55,645 nt of DNA, filler included, from Circinaria calcarea (GCA_051942165.1; 5 parts of 5 records of this genome joined end to end with filler, not necessarily neighbours in it); one strand, 5' to 3'; counted from the first letter of the whole stretch, positions 25,147-37,748 are shown. The notes: a model not told the origin generated them from the letters alone. Program-made: numbers and translations.

Positions 25147-26047
25147 ATGGCATCTCCTGGCCGCCTCTCACGCCTCCCACTTTGGTTGAGTCGCTGGTTT
25201 GGATACCGCCAAACTCCTCGGAAGATCTCAGACCTTAGTAATGCCCTTTGGTCGTTCATCGGCGCTTTCTGTGGTCTCTCCATCCTGGCAGCCGTCTTCG
25301 GACACACGCAGTACTTTATCGATCATCATGTTCCCGAGGTGGTTGCCTCCTTTGTAAGTCACCCGGCTTCAATCTCGCGTTGTTTGTTGGAGACTCTGTG
25401 GGCATCTCTCTGACCGAGGAACACAGGGAGCTTCTACTGTCCTGCTTTACGGGGCTATTGAATCCCCCCTCGCACAGCCACGAGCTCTCATTGGCGGTCA
25501 TATCATTTCCTCCGTTGTCGGCGTGTGTACGAGCAAGGTCTTCAGCCTCATTCCCTCCGAACAGCGTCTCGAGTCACTTCGCTGGCTAGCAGGAGCCCTC
25601 TCTACCGCCACGTCAATAGTCCTGATGGAAATCACAGCGACTACCCATCCGCCGGCCGGCGCAACCGCTCTCCTGGCTGCGATCAATGCCGACGTGTACA
25701 ACATGGGCTGGTATCTGATTCCAGTGATCCTCTTGTCAACGATGCTTATGCTCGTTTTGGCAATGATTATCAACAATATCCAACGTCGATACCCAATGTT
25801 TTGGTTCGAGCCTGCAATTCCACCAGTGGCCCAATCTTCGCCTGGTCTCGGCGCACCGGAGAAACGCACTTCTACCCTCAAGGCATTCGTTCCAGATCGG
25901 TTCGGATCTACGTATGTGGAAATGGGCTTGTATCGGAAACCTCCCTTTTTGCCAGTCTCATCAAGCCACACCATGGTCGACCCGTCGCGACTGTCTACTG
26001 CCTCGTCAGCTAAGACTGCCCGCCTGACTCGTCGGTACTCCATGTAG
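25147..26047 (+). CDS. HPP family membrane protein
   Basis: VASF|GASTVLLYGAIESPLAQPR spans intron 25354-25426. THPPAGATAL motif, several hydrophobic helices and INNIQRRYP. A short upstream exon from the ATG at 25041 is possible. Confidence 0.9.
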
Positions 26048-26339
26048 TCTAGAAGTTGTAGTCTGAACGGGAAGGGGGGATTCAAGCTATCAATTTAGCG
26101 TTGGTGGCATGCACACGCTCGGATGGTCCAGCGCATAGCTACCGTGAAGTAGATTTGCTCGGTTAGCTATTTCTTGCAGACCATGCATCTAATGTAACTT
26201 GTCCACACTAGTAGTCTAAATCTTCCACACAAAAAAGCTTACGGCTCACGAAGCATAAGTCACTAGATTGGGGACTTTAAAAATATATCCCTTAACGGAG
26301 TTAACACTAGGGCTTTCCAGTATCCCATTCCCCGGACCC

Positions 26340-27230
26340 GCCCCCGCGAAAGAAAGTGTAGAAGATCCAGATAGAAGATCTAGATCCAGATCCAGGTCCA
26401 TAGCAATGGGATAGATAGATTAATTCTCTCCGAGTTTATTTTTTTGCCACCAGAATAAACAATATCCCCGCAGCCAATTTGTCTTTGTCTTTTTGATTTT
26501 TTTTTTGATTTTTTTTTAATATGCCCTGAAAACAATAACGAAGGAACGAGGAACGTAGGAAAGGAAAGGATAGGAAGGAAGGGAAGGGAAGGGAAGGGAG
26601 GGGGTGTTTTTGTTTCCCGACGGTATCGGCGCCCCAGAAAATTTTCCGAAACCCCGGAAACCCGAAACCGGCTTTGCCAAAAAAAAAAAATGCTTATGGT
26701 AAAAAGGGGTTTTATAATAGATTTTTCGCTCGATTTGGGTTTACTGTGGTAATTTCTCGTTCGAAGAGGAAGGAAAGAAAGAAAATTCAGCGTACACGGT
26801 AGACGTGGTGTACTACTCCGAGTCTCTCAGGGAGGTCGTCGCTTAACTCGGGGGGGGGGTAAATGTATGGATAGCGTGAATTCGGAAGGGTATGCTGAAA
26901 TAGAAGGATTATTGGCTGATTCGATGTATTTCGAAAATATAATACGGGCGCATTCCGAGGGTATATTAAAGGAAGGGTATACTGAACACGGAAGGTCATG
27001 ATTACAGCGTTGTATTAAGGACGGAAGCATGATTGCAAGCGTTATACTGAGCGCGGAAGGCCCGGAAGGCCCGGAAGGCATAGATTTTGGCTATATACAC
27101 GGAAGGGCGCACTATGGTAGAAGGGTATAAGTCAGTTTTCGTGGCAAAAGTGGAGTGTATTTAAGTGTAGTTTATGCAGAATACGCCATATTAGGCCACT
27201 CGTAATCGTATGCTTCCAAAGACGGCTCTG
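26340..27230. repeat. Low-complexity and degenerate tandem repeats with RIP-like composition
   Basis: AGATCC and GGGAA runs, poly-T and poly-A tracts, and recurring CGGAAGG in degenerate units of about 33 nt (26960-27080). TpA-rich, with many TAA/TAG codons interrupting Pro-Ser-rich minus-strand frames. Confidence 0.55.
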
Positions 27231-27233
27231 CCT

Positions 27234-28563
27234 TTACAGATCTTTTGCTCTATTATTCGCAGCCGAAATGAATCCATCGCGCTGTTCCCGGGCCCAGTCT
27301 CGGGCATTCCGCAAGGCCGTGGCACCCTGCCGGAAGGAGTCGGGGTCGTTCGTCAAGTCAAAGCCTCGGGCCTGGGTCATGTGGTATTCGGGAGTACCAT
27401 CTTCCGCTTGAGTGAGATGGGTGGTGTATAACTTGAGGGTGCCAGTCCCGGCGTGATAGGTTGAGGTGATGGTATAGGCGTTGCCGTCGTAGACGGGCTC
27501 TTGATGGTACGACTGCAAACTGTGCATCGCCCTCGCTCCGAGAGCACCGTCGTAACAAGCCTGTCTTTTCGCCACGTCCGCACCTCCGTTGGGAGCTTTC
27601 GCCTCCAAGAAAAAGTTGGGTGCGACTGGAGCCGTTCGATGTCTGGTAGGAATGATGAAAGGTCGCAAGTCATCTCGGATCGGCTGGTCGATGTCCTCCG
27701 GGCGAGCTCCGTCGTAGAAATCGGGTTTGGCATCAACAGTGGTATCATTGGCGATCGGTTCGAGCCTTGTAAATAGCAGGTTCTGTTTATTTGGAATATC
27801 GGCGTTGCCACATATAATGGGGACGACGTCTCGCATTAACTCTCCCTCATCAAGCACCCTGTCGTTTCTTCGGTTGAAATCCTCGAATGATGAATCGGGA
27901 AAACTGGAGGGTGTTAGAGATGGTCTCGGTTGTTGCAGTCTTTGATGGAACCCTTTCAAAGTGTTGCCGGGTTTTGGGATTTGACGGCCATCAGGATAGT
28001 CATATCCTTTTGGGTAGATATTGAAGTCGATCAGATGCTGTTCGAAATTGTCATCGTAAGCAGAAGACCTTTTGTTGCTAGTCCCAGAGTTTGAATGGCT
28101 TGTCGGTCTTGTAGATTGAGTCGGCTTGCTTCCGGAGGAACCGTTCATCGTGCGGGTAATATCGACGTCTCTTGACGCTGGGTACTAAAAGAACAGGTTA
28201 GAAGAAACTTGCAGTTTTTGGCAATCCGGTCTTTACCCCTCGAAGATCACGAAGATCAGGACCACCGTGTCTGGCAAATTTCTGTATTTGCTTCTTCCAG
28301 ATATCTTCTCGATCTCTCTGGCGACGCACAGAAGCAGGCCGTGTAGTACTGTTGACTTGATTTGTTCGTCGATCAAGCTCCTTCAAGGCCCGACGTGTGA
28401 GCCTCACCTTCGAAAGGGAGTCGTAAAATGCCACGGAATGAAGCCGTATGCTCGACTTGAGCCGTTTTGAAGGCTGTAATTCGGACGGATTGTCGAGTGA
28501 TGAGCTTACTTCAGTGTGCTGTCCTTTTGAACGAGGCGGTATCTGTTCCCGAGTGCTGAACAT
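27234..28563 (-). CDS. Fungal PD-(D/E)xK restriction-endonuclease-fold hypothetical protein, 2 exons
   Basis: Exon 28237-28563 (AFYDSLSKVRLTRRALKELDRR...FARHGGPDLRDLRG), intron 28185-28236, exon 27234-28184 with AKPDFYDG...PNFFLEAK...RQACYDGALGARAMHSLQSY...FRQGATALRNARDWA. Confidence 0.75.
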
Positions 28564-29486
28564 CGAGATAATAAGGTGCTTCACCGAAAGGGAGGAGAGG
28601 TTGCAATGTGGAGGATACGTCTCAGGCAAAGGCCGAATTAGGGTGGTGTCTGAAAGGTGTATTGTATAACTAGGCGTTAGTATCCGGATTGTTTGGTGCA
28701 TGCAAAACACGCAGGCTTAAAATGCGGTACAAACGGATGCCCTGAAACAACGAGGAACAAAGAAAGGAAGGAGTTTAGTCGGCGCGAGCATTTCCGATCC
28801 AACACAGAAAAGAGGAGCATTACAGGGAGGGCACTACGTCTTCAAAAGCAATGCACGATATGGCCGTGAAGTGTATGTGGGTAAGTGCTGTGGAATACTG
28901 CTATGAAATACTATAAAACTTAGCCCTTATATGACCTCTTACTCCAGTAATCGGTATACTTTCCTCGTAGAGACGCTTCGGTTTAAGTGGCGGCCCGACG
29001 CTGTGCGCGATATACGAAGTAGATGAATACCGTACCAATTGCTGCATCCTGCAACCGGCGATGCTGTGTAACCTCAAGACCTGCTCATTGGCATTCGGCG
29101 GAGATCTCACAGTGTAACAAAACTGCGACAGGGACGGATAACTGCCAACCGGTTGAGAATGCTACGGAAGGCGCCGCTACCGGATATACTCCGGTCATGG
29201 GCATAAAGCTGGTCTGTCTGTAAAAGCTTTCGAAAAGGGCGCGCTGACAAGATCGTGCATCGAGGTACGCTAACTCTGCTCATGCCGTTAGAGGTGTTGT
29301 GACGATTATGATACAGAGATCACCCTGCATCACACCGTAGCCTGCGACACCGGCATTTGCCAGGCGGTATGTCTGCTTTGCCGCTTCGTACTTTATATAT
29401 GTACATACTGTCAACCTCATGCTCTTCGAAGGTACCCAGATGCAATGCACGCCGTCGAATCTCTCAACTGTCAACGAAACCTCTCG

Positions 29487-30164
29487 CTATACAAGCAATA
29501 CCACCAATGCAACAAAAACAGACCCAAGAACTCCTACACTAAGCATATTCTTTCCCGACCGTATTCGTCCCGCTCCACTTTTACTGGCCTCCGCCGTTTT
29601 CACAACCCCTATCGAGCCGGTCAATGTCCCGAGCCCTATTTTGCCAGGTAACGCACTTGGTCCTTGGCTCGGTACCGCAGAAAATCGCTGCGTATAGACG
29701 ACCTGAATACCGTGGATAAAGATAGTCGTCACGGGCGAGACCTGCGTGGGTAGGGGAGCGGGGAGCGGAGCCCCACCACCGACACCAATTAGCTGTTGAC
29801 GTATCTCTAGATGATTGTCTTCCGCTACAGTAGATGCAGTGGTTTGTGCGGATTCGGTTGCAACGAGAGACGTGCCTGGAGACTCAACCACAGGTGTTTT
29901 GGTAGGATAGATTGTTGCTATTGGCACCCACCCGGCGAGATCCAAAGAACGCAAGATATCTTCTGGGGAAGTATTCGACTGCGGTTCTACCATCGATGAT
30001 GTTGGAGAGATGAGAGGTTGTTGATTTGCGACCGATGCAGGTTTAGCATCTCCAAAGCCAGCAGTTTTAGTAGGATCGATAGTAGGAATTGGTGCCCATC
30101 CTGACATGGTGGAGGAATATACTAGCACAGGTAAGACGAAGAAACATATTGCAGTGCGTCGCAT
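29487..30164 (-). CDS. Kre1-like secreted Ser/Thr-rich protein, probably GPI-anchored
   Basis: Hydrophobic N-terminal signal, duplicated GW(A/V)PIxTIxPTKT motif, Kre1-type segment VYTQRFSAVPSQGPSALPGKIGLGTLTGSIGVVKT and a hydrophobic C-terminal tail. Confidence 0.75.
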   Translation of the reverse strand: MRRTAICFFVLPVLVYSSTMSGWAPIPTIDPTKTAGFGDAKPASVANQQPLISPTSSMVEPQSNTSPEDILRSLDLAGWVPIATIYPTKTPVVESPGTSLVATESAQTTASTVAEDNHLEIRQQLIGVGGGAPLPAPLPTQVSPVTTIFIHGIQVVYTQRFSAVPSQGPSALPGKIGLGTLTGSIGVVKTAEASKSGAGRIRSGKNMLSVGVLGSVFVALVVLLV

Positions 30165-31457
30165 GTCGGGCTGGTGTCAGGTCTGTGGCCGCACTGAACT
30201 TCTGTTGTATCCTTTGAAGGTTAGGCAGAAGGCCAGTGCTTCGAAACGAGGTGTCTTGGACGCTTAGGTCGACGTTGTGATTTCAACTGATCGAACTGCT
30301 ATGTTGTGGTCTCAATGTGAGATTCTTCGCAGAGAAGTCAGAGACGAGGCACGATCTTCCCTCTCCCAATAAAACCGCGTGTCGAGAGATACAAATACAC
30401 AATGTAACGAGGCGTGTGTGACAATCGAAGTGGTGATATGTAGTGCACGTAACTATTCAACAGTCGCTCCTGAGGATATGTATTTGAGGTCTATTTCCTC
30501 AAGGGAGTTCCTGGAAACAATGTCCTCCAATAAAGGCTTCTGTGAGCGTTGAAGTCGAGAGGCGGGCTGATGTAAGAAGCGTAATCGGGAAGGATCCAAG
30601 CAGAGGCCGAGGAGATTCTAGTTGTACAGAACAAAACAATCATCCGCACCGGCTCATAGCAAACGACGCATTGGTATCAGAAGGGCAGGGAGACGATGAA
30701 GAATTGAATAGACAAAAGGCAAGTCGACGAAAGGCCGCCTCGCGCGTGTCCATCCGCCTGCGCCCCCAAATCGACTTTCAAGGGGTCACTTGGTGGAGAA
30801 ACAGGAGATTTGGGAGCTAATCTTCTTTAGGATCGCTTAGCTCCACTGAGGCTTTGCTTACGTCATTTACTTCCGGGAGATCTCCTGTGGTAGCAGGCAT
30901 AACAGATGTTAGTGGGGTTGTCTTGCAATAATCTATATACCGGAGGATGTCCTCCATTTTACACTTCTTTTTAAAAGAATTCATACAGCCTTTGCTGAGT
31001 GTACCCGGGTTGGTCGAGACCCACGCTAACATCTATTGTCCCTGCAACCATAATCGTTCGGACACAGACTTCATCCGTCTTTCTTTATCAGAGACATTGG
31101 ATTTGGAGAAGACTCAAAGACGTTGCTATCTAATCTATTCTCGCAAGTGGCGGGTGGTACGGCTGGATGACTGTGGAAAGAGTTTGTTTGCTGCCAGAAT
31201 CTAGAGCTTGGAGGCACGTCGAGCGAAATCCAAATTCCCACCACGAAGCATACCAGCCCAAGAGAAGTTGATTCGAGAGACTCGCTGCTGCGATCCACTG
31301 CTTGATCTTTGTACACAAGATACTGCAGCGAGGACCTGCCGAAGCGGTGATGTTTCCCAGCGGAGATGTCAAATACACGTCGATCGGATTTCAAGTTCGC
31401 ACAACGCGACGCACCCCGAAAGCCAACGAAACCAATGAAGCCGTCTAAACGTACATA

Positions 31458-32076
31458 TCAAGGCACCACTCGTCGTTCCATTACCTCTTGTACTTGGATG
31501 GGAATGTTCTCTTCTTCCTCGTGGAGGCTAGGGTTTGCACAGGGGCTTTCTTCCTTTTGCGGACTCCTTTGCCCCCTTCCCGGGCCTTTCCCTTCCTCTG
31601 GTGACAAACATAGTTTGCTTTGTCTGCGAACTGTGTCAGCAGACAAACGTGAGGATTCAACCAGGAGGGTTCTACTCTATAAATCCGGTCTAACACTTAC
31701 GTTCGTCCTCGATCGCCTTCCTCAAGGCCCCTTCCATTATTTCTGTTAGGTCCTGCTCCATCGTCTCTCTCAGCTCCTGCTCAATGGCCTCTCTCAAGTC
31801 CATTTCGATCTGCACCAGTTCTCTTTCACGGTCTTCTGCTTCTTGCCTCGACCTTACCTCCCATGCCTCCAACTCGTGTTTTAGCCCTTTAGCGATAGCT
31901 CTCAAATCTTTATTTTGCTCATTCACCGCCTGGATCCTCTCCCTTGTCGTACTTAGTACGACTCTCCACTCTTCAAACGTTTGGTTGTTGTTGTCTCTGG
32001 CTTCTCTCAACCGCGTCTGGCTCTCCTCCAATCTTTCCTCTAGCTGCTTGATCTTTAGTTGGTCTTCAGACGACAT
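31458..32076 (-). CDS. Orphan coiled-coil (E/R/L-rich) hypothetical protein
   Basis: A heptad-rich ORF from the ATG at 32076 and intron 31631-31700 (GTAAGT..GCTGAC.ACAG) give an in-frame second exon to TGA at 31458. No family recognised and the 3' end is uncertain. Confidence 0.45.
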
Positions 32077-33361
32077 GATACTGATGCGAGAGGCAAATAT
32101 ACAGGGTGACCGGTACCAGCAATGGGAGAGAACGTGGTTTAAGAATGGCTTCGAAGTACGAGGAAAGAAGATGGGCAAGATAGTTGATGTTCGAAGGAGA
32201 CAGGTACAAGGTGACCAGCACCAGCAACGATGGAGAGAGTGGATGTCGCGTTAGACTACGAATTCAGCAAAGAAGACGCTGCTGAAGTGGTGTATTTGGA
32301 GGAGGAAGAATCCTGGGTGGTGAGAAGCCATTTTATGCTAGGGCTCTTCCTGTACGGGCCTACAACTACAGAAACATACTATATAGTCAATAAGAATCCC
32401 TTCATTGGCATCAATAGCGGACTCCGGGTTTGATAATAGGATATCGCTATTGTTAAGTCTTCAGGGGGTCGCTTAGACAATAGGAGCGCGGGTGCGCAAC
32501 AATTCGCGTGACCGATTTTGACAACGGCAATGGAGAGCAAACTATCCGATTGAGGGAAATAATATCGACGCCTCGGCTGGATGAGGAAATAAACATGTGG
32601 CCAAATCTGAATCGTATAGATAATTTGAGAGACCGAATCTCGAGTTGGCGAGAAGCGGAGATTTCTTTAAGCACGTGCGGTGACGGAGAAACTAAGGATA
32701 TCGCAACAGCAAAAGAAAACGAGATAGCATGAGGTGTGAAAGATATCTCCCGGAATAAATGCCAGGATGGTAAAGGAGAGAGAAAGAGAGAGCCCTTCAC
32801 GACGCTAGGAAATACTCAAGCCGTTATCCCGCAAATAAAGACCTCCACGTTTTCAGCAGCGAGAAGTCCGCCACGGTCCTATATTGTGATGTTTGTCATA
32901 TATATAAAACCGAAACTTAAAGTTAAAGGTGTTCATGTTCATCTCGAAGGTTGTCAATCTTAAACCACCAGATCGGTTTAATGTAAAGATAATTCTGAGA
33001 GATTAAATGGATGGGAAGGGTGTTTGGGTGGGTGGATGGGACTGATAGCGCCATTTGCGATAGGGTCCAGTGGACCAAATTGAGGATAATACACATTACA
33101 CATGAGCTATAATGAGGAGTCAGGGATGGCTGTCAGCGTGAATGACTTTGTTCATGGAAATTTTTTTGCTAGTGAATGGATAATTATTGACGATACCAGT
33201 TCAGGGAAGCACATCCCGAGAAGAACCCTCTAATCTAACTCTCTTCACGTTTAACCACACTCCTCGAAGTCTTCTATCCTTTTACCCCCTTTATTTACCT
33301 ATAAACCCTTGTCGAAAACCCCCCTACTTCCCCTTCGTCCCAAACAACCTATCCCCAATAT

Positions 33362-33461
33362 NNNNNNNNNNNNNNNNNNNNNNNNNNNNNNNNNNNNNNN
33401 NNNNNTTAATTAATTAANNNNNNNNNNNNNNNNNNNNNNNNNNNNNNNNNNNNNNNNNNNN
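33362..33461. other. Artificial contig spacer 3
   Basis: N44-TTAATTAATTAA-N44. Confidence 0.99.
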
Positions 33462-33672
33462 TCTAACGAGTAGGAAAGGGGGAATCCGGGATAGAAGGGA
33501 GGTATAGCAGTGCAGTGCAGTGTCGTGGGACGTGATTATTGCGGAGGAGGACGCTATACCGAATATGTTATTTACAGGAAGAGGAACGGGTATCAGCACA
33601 TCTTAGCTTCACAACCAGACTCATCACATCAATCACTTGCAAGCATCAAACAGACAAGAGAGATGGTTAAAT

Positions 33673-33704
33673 TCAGATCAGATCAGATCAGATCGGATCA
33701 GATC
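33673..33704. repeat. (TCAGA)n microsatellite, about 6 units, downstream of CDC24
   Basis: TCAGATCAGATCAGATCAGATCGGATCAGATC read directly. Confidence 0.9.
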
Positions 33705-33934
33705 CATTAAGTATCCACGTCGATTTGCTGCTTTTGCTCATCAGACATTTCTTTTCAACATTGAAATCTCGGAAGGGAGGCCTTGACATGTTTCATGGGC
33801 ATCATGAACCTCATATCTCAGTTGCAAAAGACACACGCACGCACTGCTAAAAAGAAAACGCCCCGCCCCGGATAATGCCGCCAAAGATGCTGTGCTGTGT
33901 CGTGCCGTGTTGTGCTATGCCTAGCGTAACCCCC

Positions 33935-36900
33935 TCAAGCCTTACTCCAGTAAAGTTCAATGTCCGGAACGATGCCCGCGTTAAGTTCCTCCTGATGCAG
34001 TTTGGTCCACTCGTCAATGGCCTCGCCCACATCCTCGTCGCACCCCATCGTGACCATTTCATTGTCCGAGTCACAGTACCGTAACTTTGCGGTGCCCTTT
34101 GCGATAGACAAACTCGAGACCCGTTCCATTTTGGAATCGATCCGATCGATGAGCGAGCGGTGCTTGATGATGATGGGGACAACGATGGTGACATGGCTGG
34201 GTTCGGGATCAAAGTAGATTTTGACTTTGAGCTGGGTGATCGATGGCATCTTCTCGTTGCCGGGAGATTGGGCGAAAGCCGGATTCACCTGACGATGACC
34301 AAGTCCCGACAAAGCCCCGGAGGTAAGAGATGGATACTGACGAGTATCAGAGCGTTGTACCGATTGTGGCAATTTGTCGTAGCCATGTTGAGCTTGCGAC
34401 GAAACGGGCCCACGGTCACGTGATAGCTGTGGTGATTGATTACCGGTTCTTAATGGCATTTGGGCACCGGTCGGCGAGTTGGTTTGGCTGCGGTTGACGG
34501 GTGCTCGCATGGCTGACATGTGGGCAGGGATTGGAGGCACTGGAACCATATCAACAGGTGGTTGGCCGTTGGCATATCGTCTCGCAGCAAGGCTGTTAGG
34601 ATTGTGAATATCCGGGGTACTCGCAGACCGAGATCGACTTTGTGTAAGGCTAAGTTGATGTGCGGTTTGAGATGCTGCCATCGCAGGCAACGATGGTCTC
34701 AGCACTGTGCGACCGTCGATAGTATAGGTATTTACTGGAGTTTGTCCGTCTCGTGATGGCGTTCGGCCAATTGCTGGAGCGGTATTGTGCTTGTGGTCTT
34801 CCGCAGTCCAACCAATGGTTGGTATCAGCTGTCGAGGGAATGGAAACATGTTCGTTTGGGTACTCGAGCGTGTGGATACTGGCGAATCCGCCATTGGGGA
34901 GAAGTATGAATCTCCAGCGTGTTCATCCACAAGCGGTGATCCTGATGTGAAATTAGTAGAGAGTGTTAGGGGAGGAACGTTCGATCCATGAGCATGATCA
35001 GGCAGAGGAAATCGTGGCGGTGCCGCTCGGCTGGCTCCTTGACCAGGAGAGGGTCCGCTACCGCCGGTGGTCGATCTCGAGCGTAAACTAGTACTTGATG
35101 TATTTCGACTCATGTTGAATTCAGAAAACCCGCCAGCGAATATCAAGGGGTTAGCGGCTTGCTCTTCGTCCTCCTCACCATCATCCTCCTGCTTGTATGG
35201 ATTCTGCAGAGCCGCCTGATTCTTGATATACAAAAATTCCGTCTCGGATGTTCCAGTTTGGCCAGAGCTTCGAGCCGAGTCACTCAACGCCACCTTCCGC
35301 GCTTCCACTTTACTTCGCCATTTATTCATGGTTTCCTCATTTACGAATCGGATTACAAAGTTTTCCACACCAGGGTCGCCTTTCCAGAATATCTGAATAA
35401 AGTAAGAGCCTATCAACTCACACGAATCAGTATAAGATGCGACCTGAAAGCGTGATCTAGGCATGGTATCATCGGAACATGGAAAGGCTTACCATGTTTT
35501 GAAAATGAGACTACATCCGTGACGTTTTGCATGAAGATACGACCTTTCAGCTGAAGACGTAGCTTTCCCTTCTTGTCGACAAGGGCTTTGTGGTTTCCGA
35601 GTCGATTCTTGGGCTTATTCGGGTTGATATCTTTGCAACATAGTAGGATACGCTCAAAGAGGTAGACTTTGTACTGTATTGCACATGGACACGATGTCCG
35701 TCTTGGTTAGCAATCGCATTCTCAATAAGTCTCTTAACTGGACCAAAGGAGGCTAGTTCATTCTCATGTTGAACACAAAGAAATTCAGTCTTGTTAGCCA
35801 GTGGCCCATTGAAGCAAATGAAAAACCTGAATTCGTTCGGGTCCAGTAAAAGTCTCCTGGCGCGGAGGTACTCGGGTAGTATGCTCGCCTTCCGAAGTAT
35901 ATCCGTCAAGAATTTGGATGGAGCACCCTTCTGTTTGACCAGAGGCCTTGTTCCGATTGATTCTAACGAATCAAACTTGTACCCCTAATCGGTACGATTT
36001 ACCTTCATCATGGTGGTCTCTTGACTCCAATTTTCCTTTGCGTAGATGGATTTCCGAGACTGGGGAGGAGGAGGAGAGCAGGAACAGGTGTAGCAGTACG
36101 TACAAAAAGGTGGGAAAATGGATTTAGAGTATCAAAAATGATACGAACCTCACGTTCAACTTCCTTCTGTCCTTCGCCCTTCAGTACTGTGTGACTTCCA
36201 TAAAGTAACAGTTCACCAAAGTGTGCAATATCGTGACCTTTCCAATCTTCGACACGACCAAGTAGTTCGTCGACCGCCACCTGCCGTTCCTCTTTGGCGA
36301 TAGCTTCATTTGCACGCACAAGCACCGAGCTAGCTGCAGTCTCACCCTCGAGCAAGTCTTGCTGTTTCTCCTCTTCCAGACCACCCTTCTTACGCAAGTC
36401 CTACGAATGAGTTGGTACCAGTTTTTTTATTTCAAAGCAGGGGAGGGGGTGCTGTAAGACTTACCGACAGTAGCATAGGATACTTTGTTAACCTTTGGAA
36501 CGGCTTCATCAGGAAACCGAGGAGAACGGATTCCGTCGCCACCATTCCTTGAACTGCCGGCGAAATCGCCGCCATCTTCAACTTGGCCCACGATTCACAC
36601 ACTATGGCGTTACAACGCTTCTGGTTAGCAATGAATGGTTCGTATACCTTGAATGAATCCTGATATTGCACAAACAACTGGCCCCAATTCTGTGACGCCT
36701 CATCTAAAGAATTCTGCTGTTCTATGCGGATCAAGAAACGTCGCTGGAAATCGAGCAGAGCATTGAGATTTAGGAATATGTCATGTACCGCATCGCCAGG
36801 TATTGCCCCAGTCTGTTCCACTTGGTTCTTGAATTGCTGAAGTGTTTCTAGATGCTGCACGTAATCGCGTTCACTTGTGACCAGTTCATCTATGACATTT

Positions 36901-37748
36901 TGCCTATGACTTCGCTTCTGGGGCTCTTCGTCTGGATTGTTGTCTTGTTTAGGCTCACTGCGCAAAAGCAAGCCTCGTTCACTGAGTATGTCAAGGACTC
37001 TGTTTACGACTTTGGTCACCTAACCGAGTCCGTTAGCTCTTTCTTGGAGGCATTTTATTGACTGCGCATGGGAGTTATCGTATCCCACTGAATGTATTCA
37101 ATATTCACTAACCTTGACGAACCCCGTCGTATCCGACCCATACAAGTCTGTAATGAGGAAGCACTCGTTGGCAGGAAACTTGAGCTCTTCGAGACACGCC
37201 TGTAGAAATTTGAAGGTCGCTGCCTTGCCGAGCTTTGCTTCCGTGACCCGGGAATGATTAACCACCAGAGGTACTCTCGGCTTCAGCGCATTGTAGATAT
37301 CCATTAATGGGAACCCTCGTCTCAGCAAGTTCCACATCGATGTGACAGGATCAGTGGCGTCATTGCCGTCGCGCTCGTCTTGTTCCGTTTCAAGGATATA
37401 CCGTTCGAAACCTGGAACTTCTGCGAGCCGTCGCTTCAGGGTCAGACATATCTGGTATAGGGAACTATTCATATCTGCTCTCCTGTTCATGATGTTGTCG
37501 ATTCGTGGCAAAGGTTCCGGGGGGACTGAAGCTTGATTGAATCCATACTCGGCCCGCTCGACAGCAGGCGAGGAGAAAGGTCCGTTTGAGCGAGCCGAGA
37601 AGAGGCCTTGGTCCGCTCCGCCCGTTCCGGTCCTAAGGGCCGCCGTTAAAGCCATACCGACCGGCATCGCAGATGATGTGATGTCGTTTACTTTCCGGGT
37701 CGCATCGAAAGGTCTTGGCTCATTCCTCCGCGAGAGTGTTGCCAGCAT
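33935..37748 (-). CDS. CDC24: Cdc24/Scd1 Rho guanine-nucleotide exchange factor (CH-DH-PH-PB1), 5 exons
   Basis: Exons 37113-37748, 36465-37019, 36149-36400, 35493-35673 and 33935-35443. Motifs CFLITDLYGSDTTGFVKV, ELVTSERDYVQHLE, FLMKPFQRLTKYP, RVEDWKGH, YLFERILLCCK, LQLKGRIFM and PB1 LKVKIYF. The start codon is uncertain (37667 is an alternative). Confidence 0.93.

Noticed and set aside
26308..26345. hAT-like terminal inverted repeat TAGGGCTTTCCAGTATCCC
   Set aside because: No matching inverted copy, target-site duplication or transposase was found on the contig.
35780..36012. Intronic box C/D snoRNA in the CDC24 intron (ATGATGA ... CTGA on the minus strand)
   Set aside because: The boxes are about 220 nt apart, with no terminal stem or recognisable rRNA guide.
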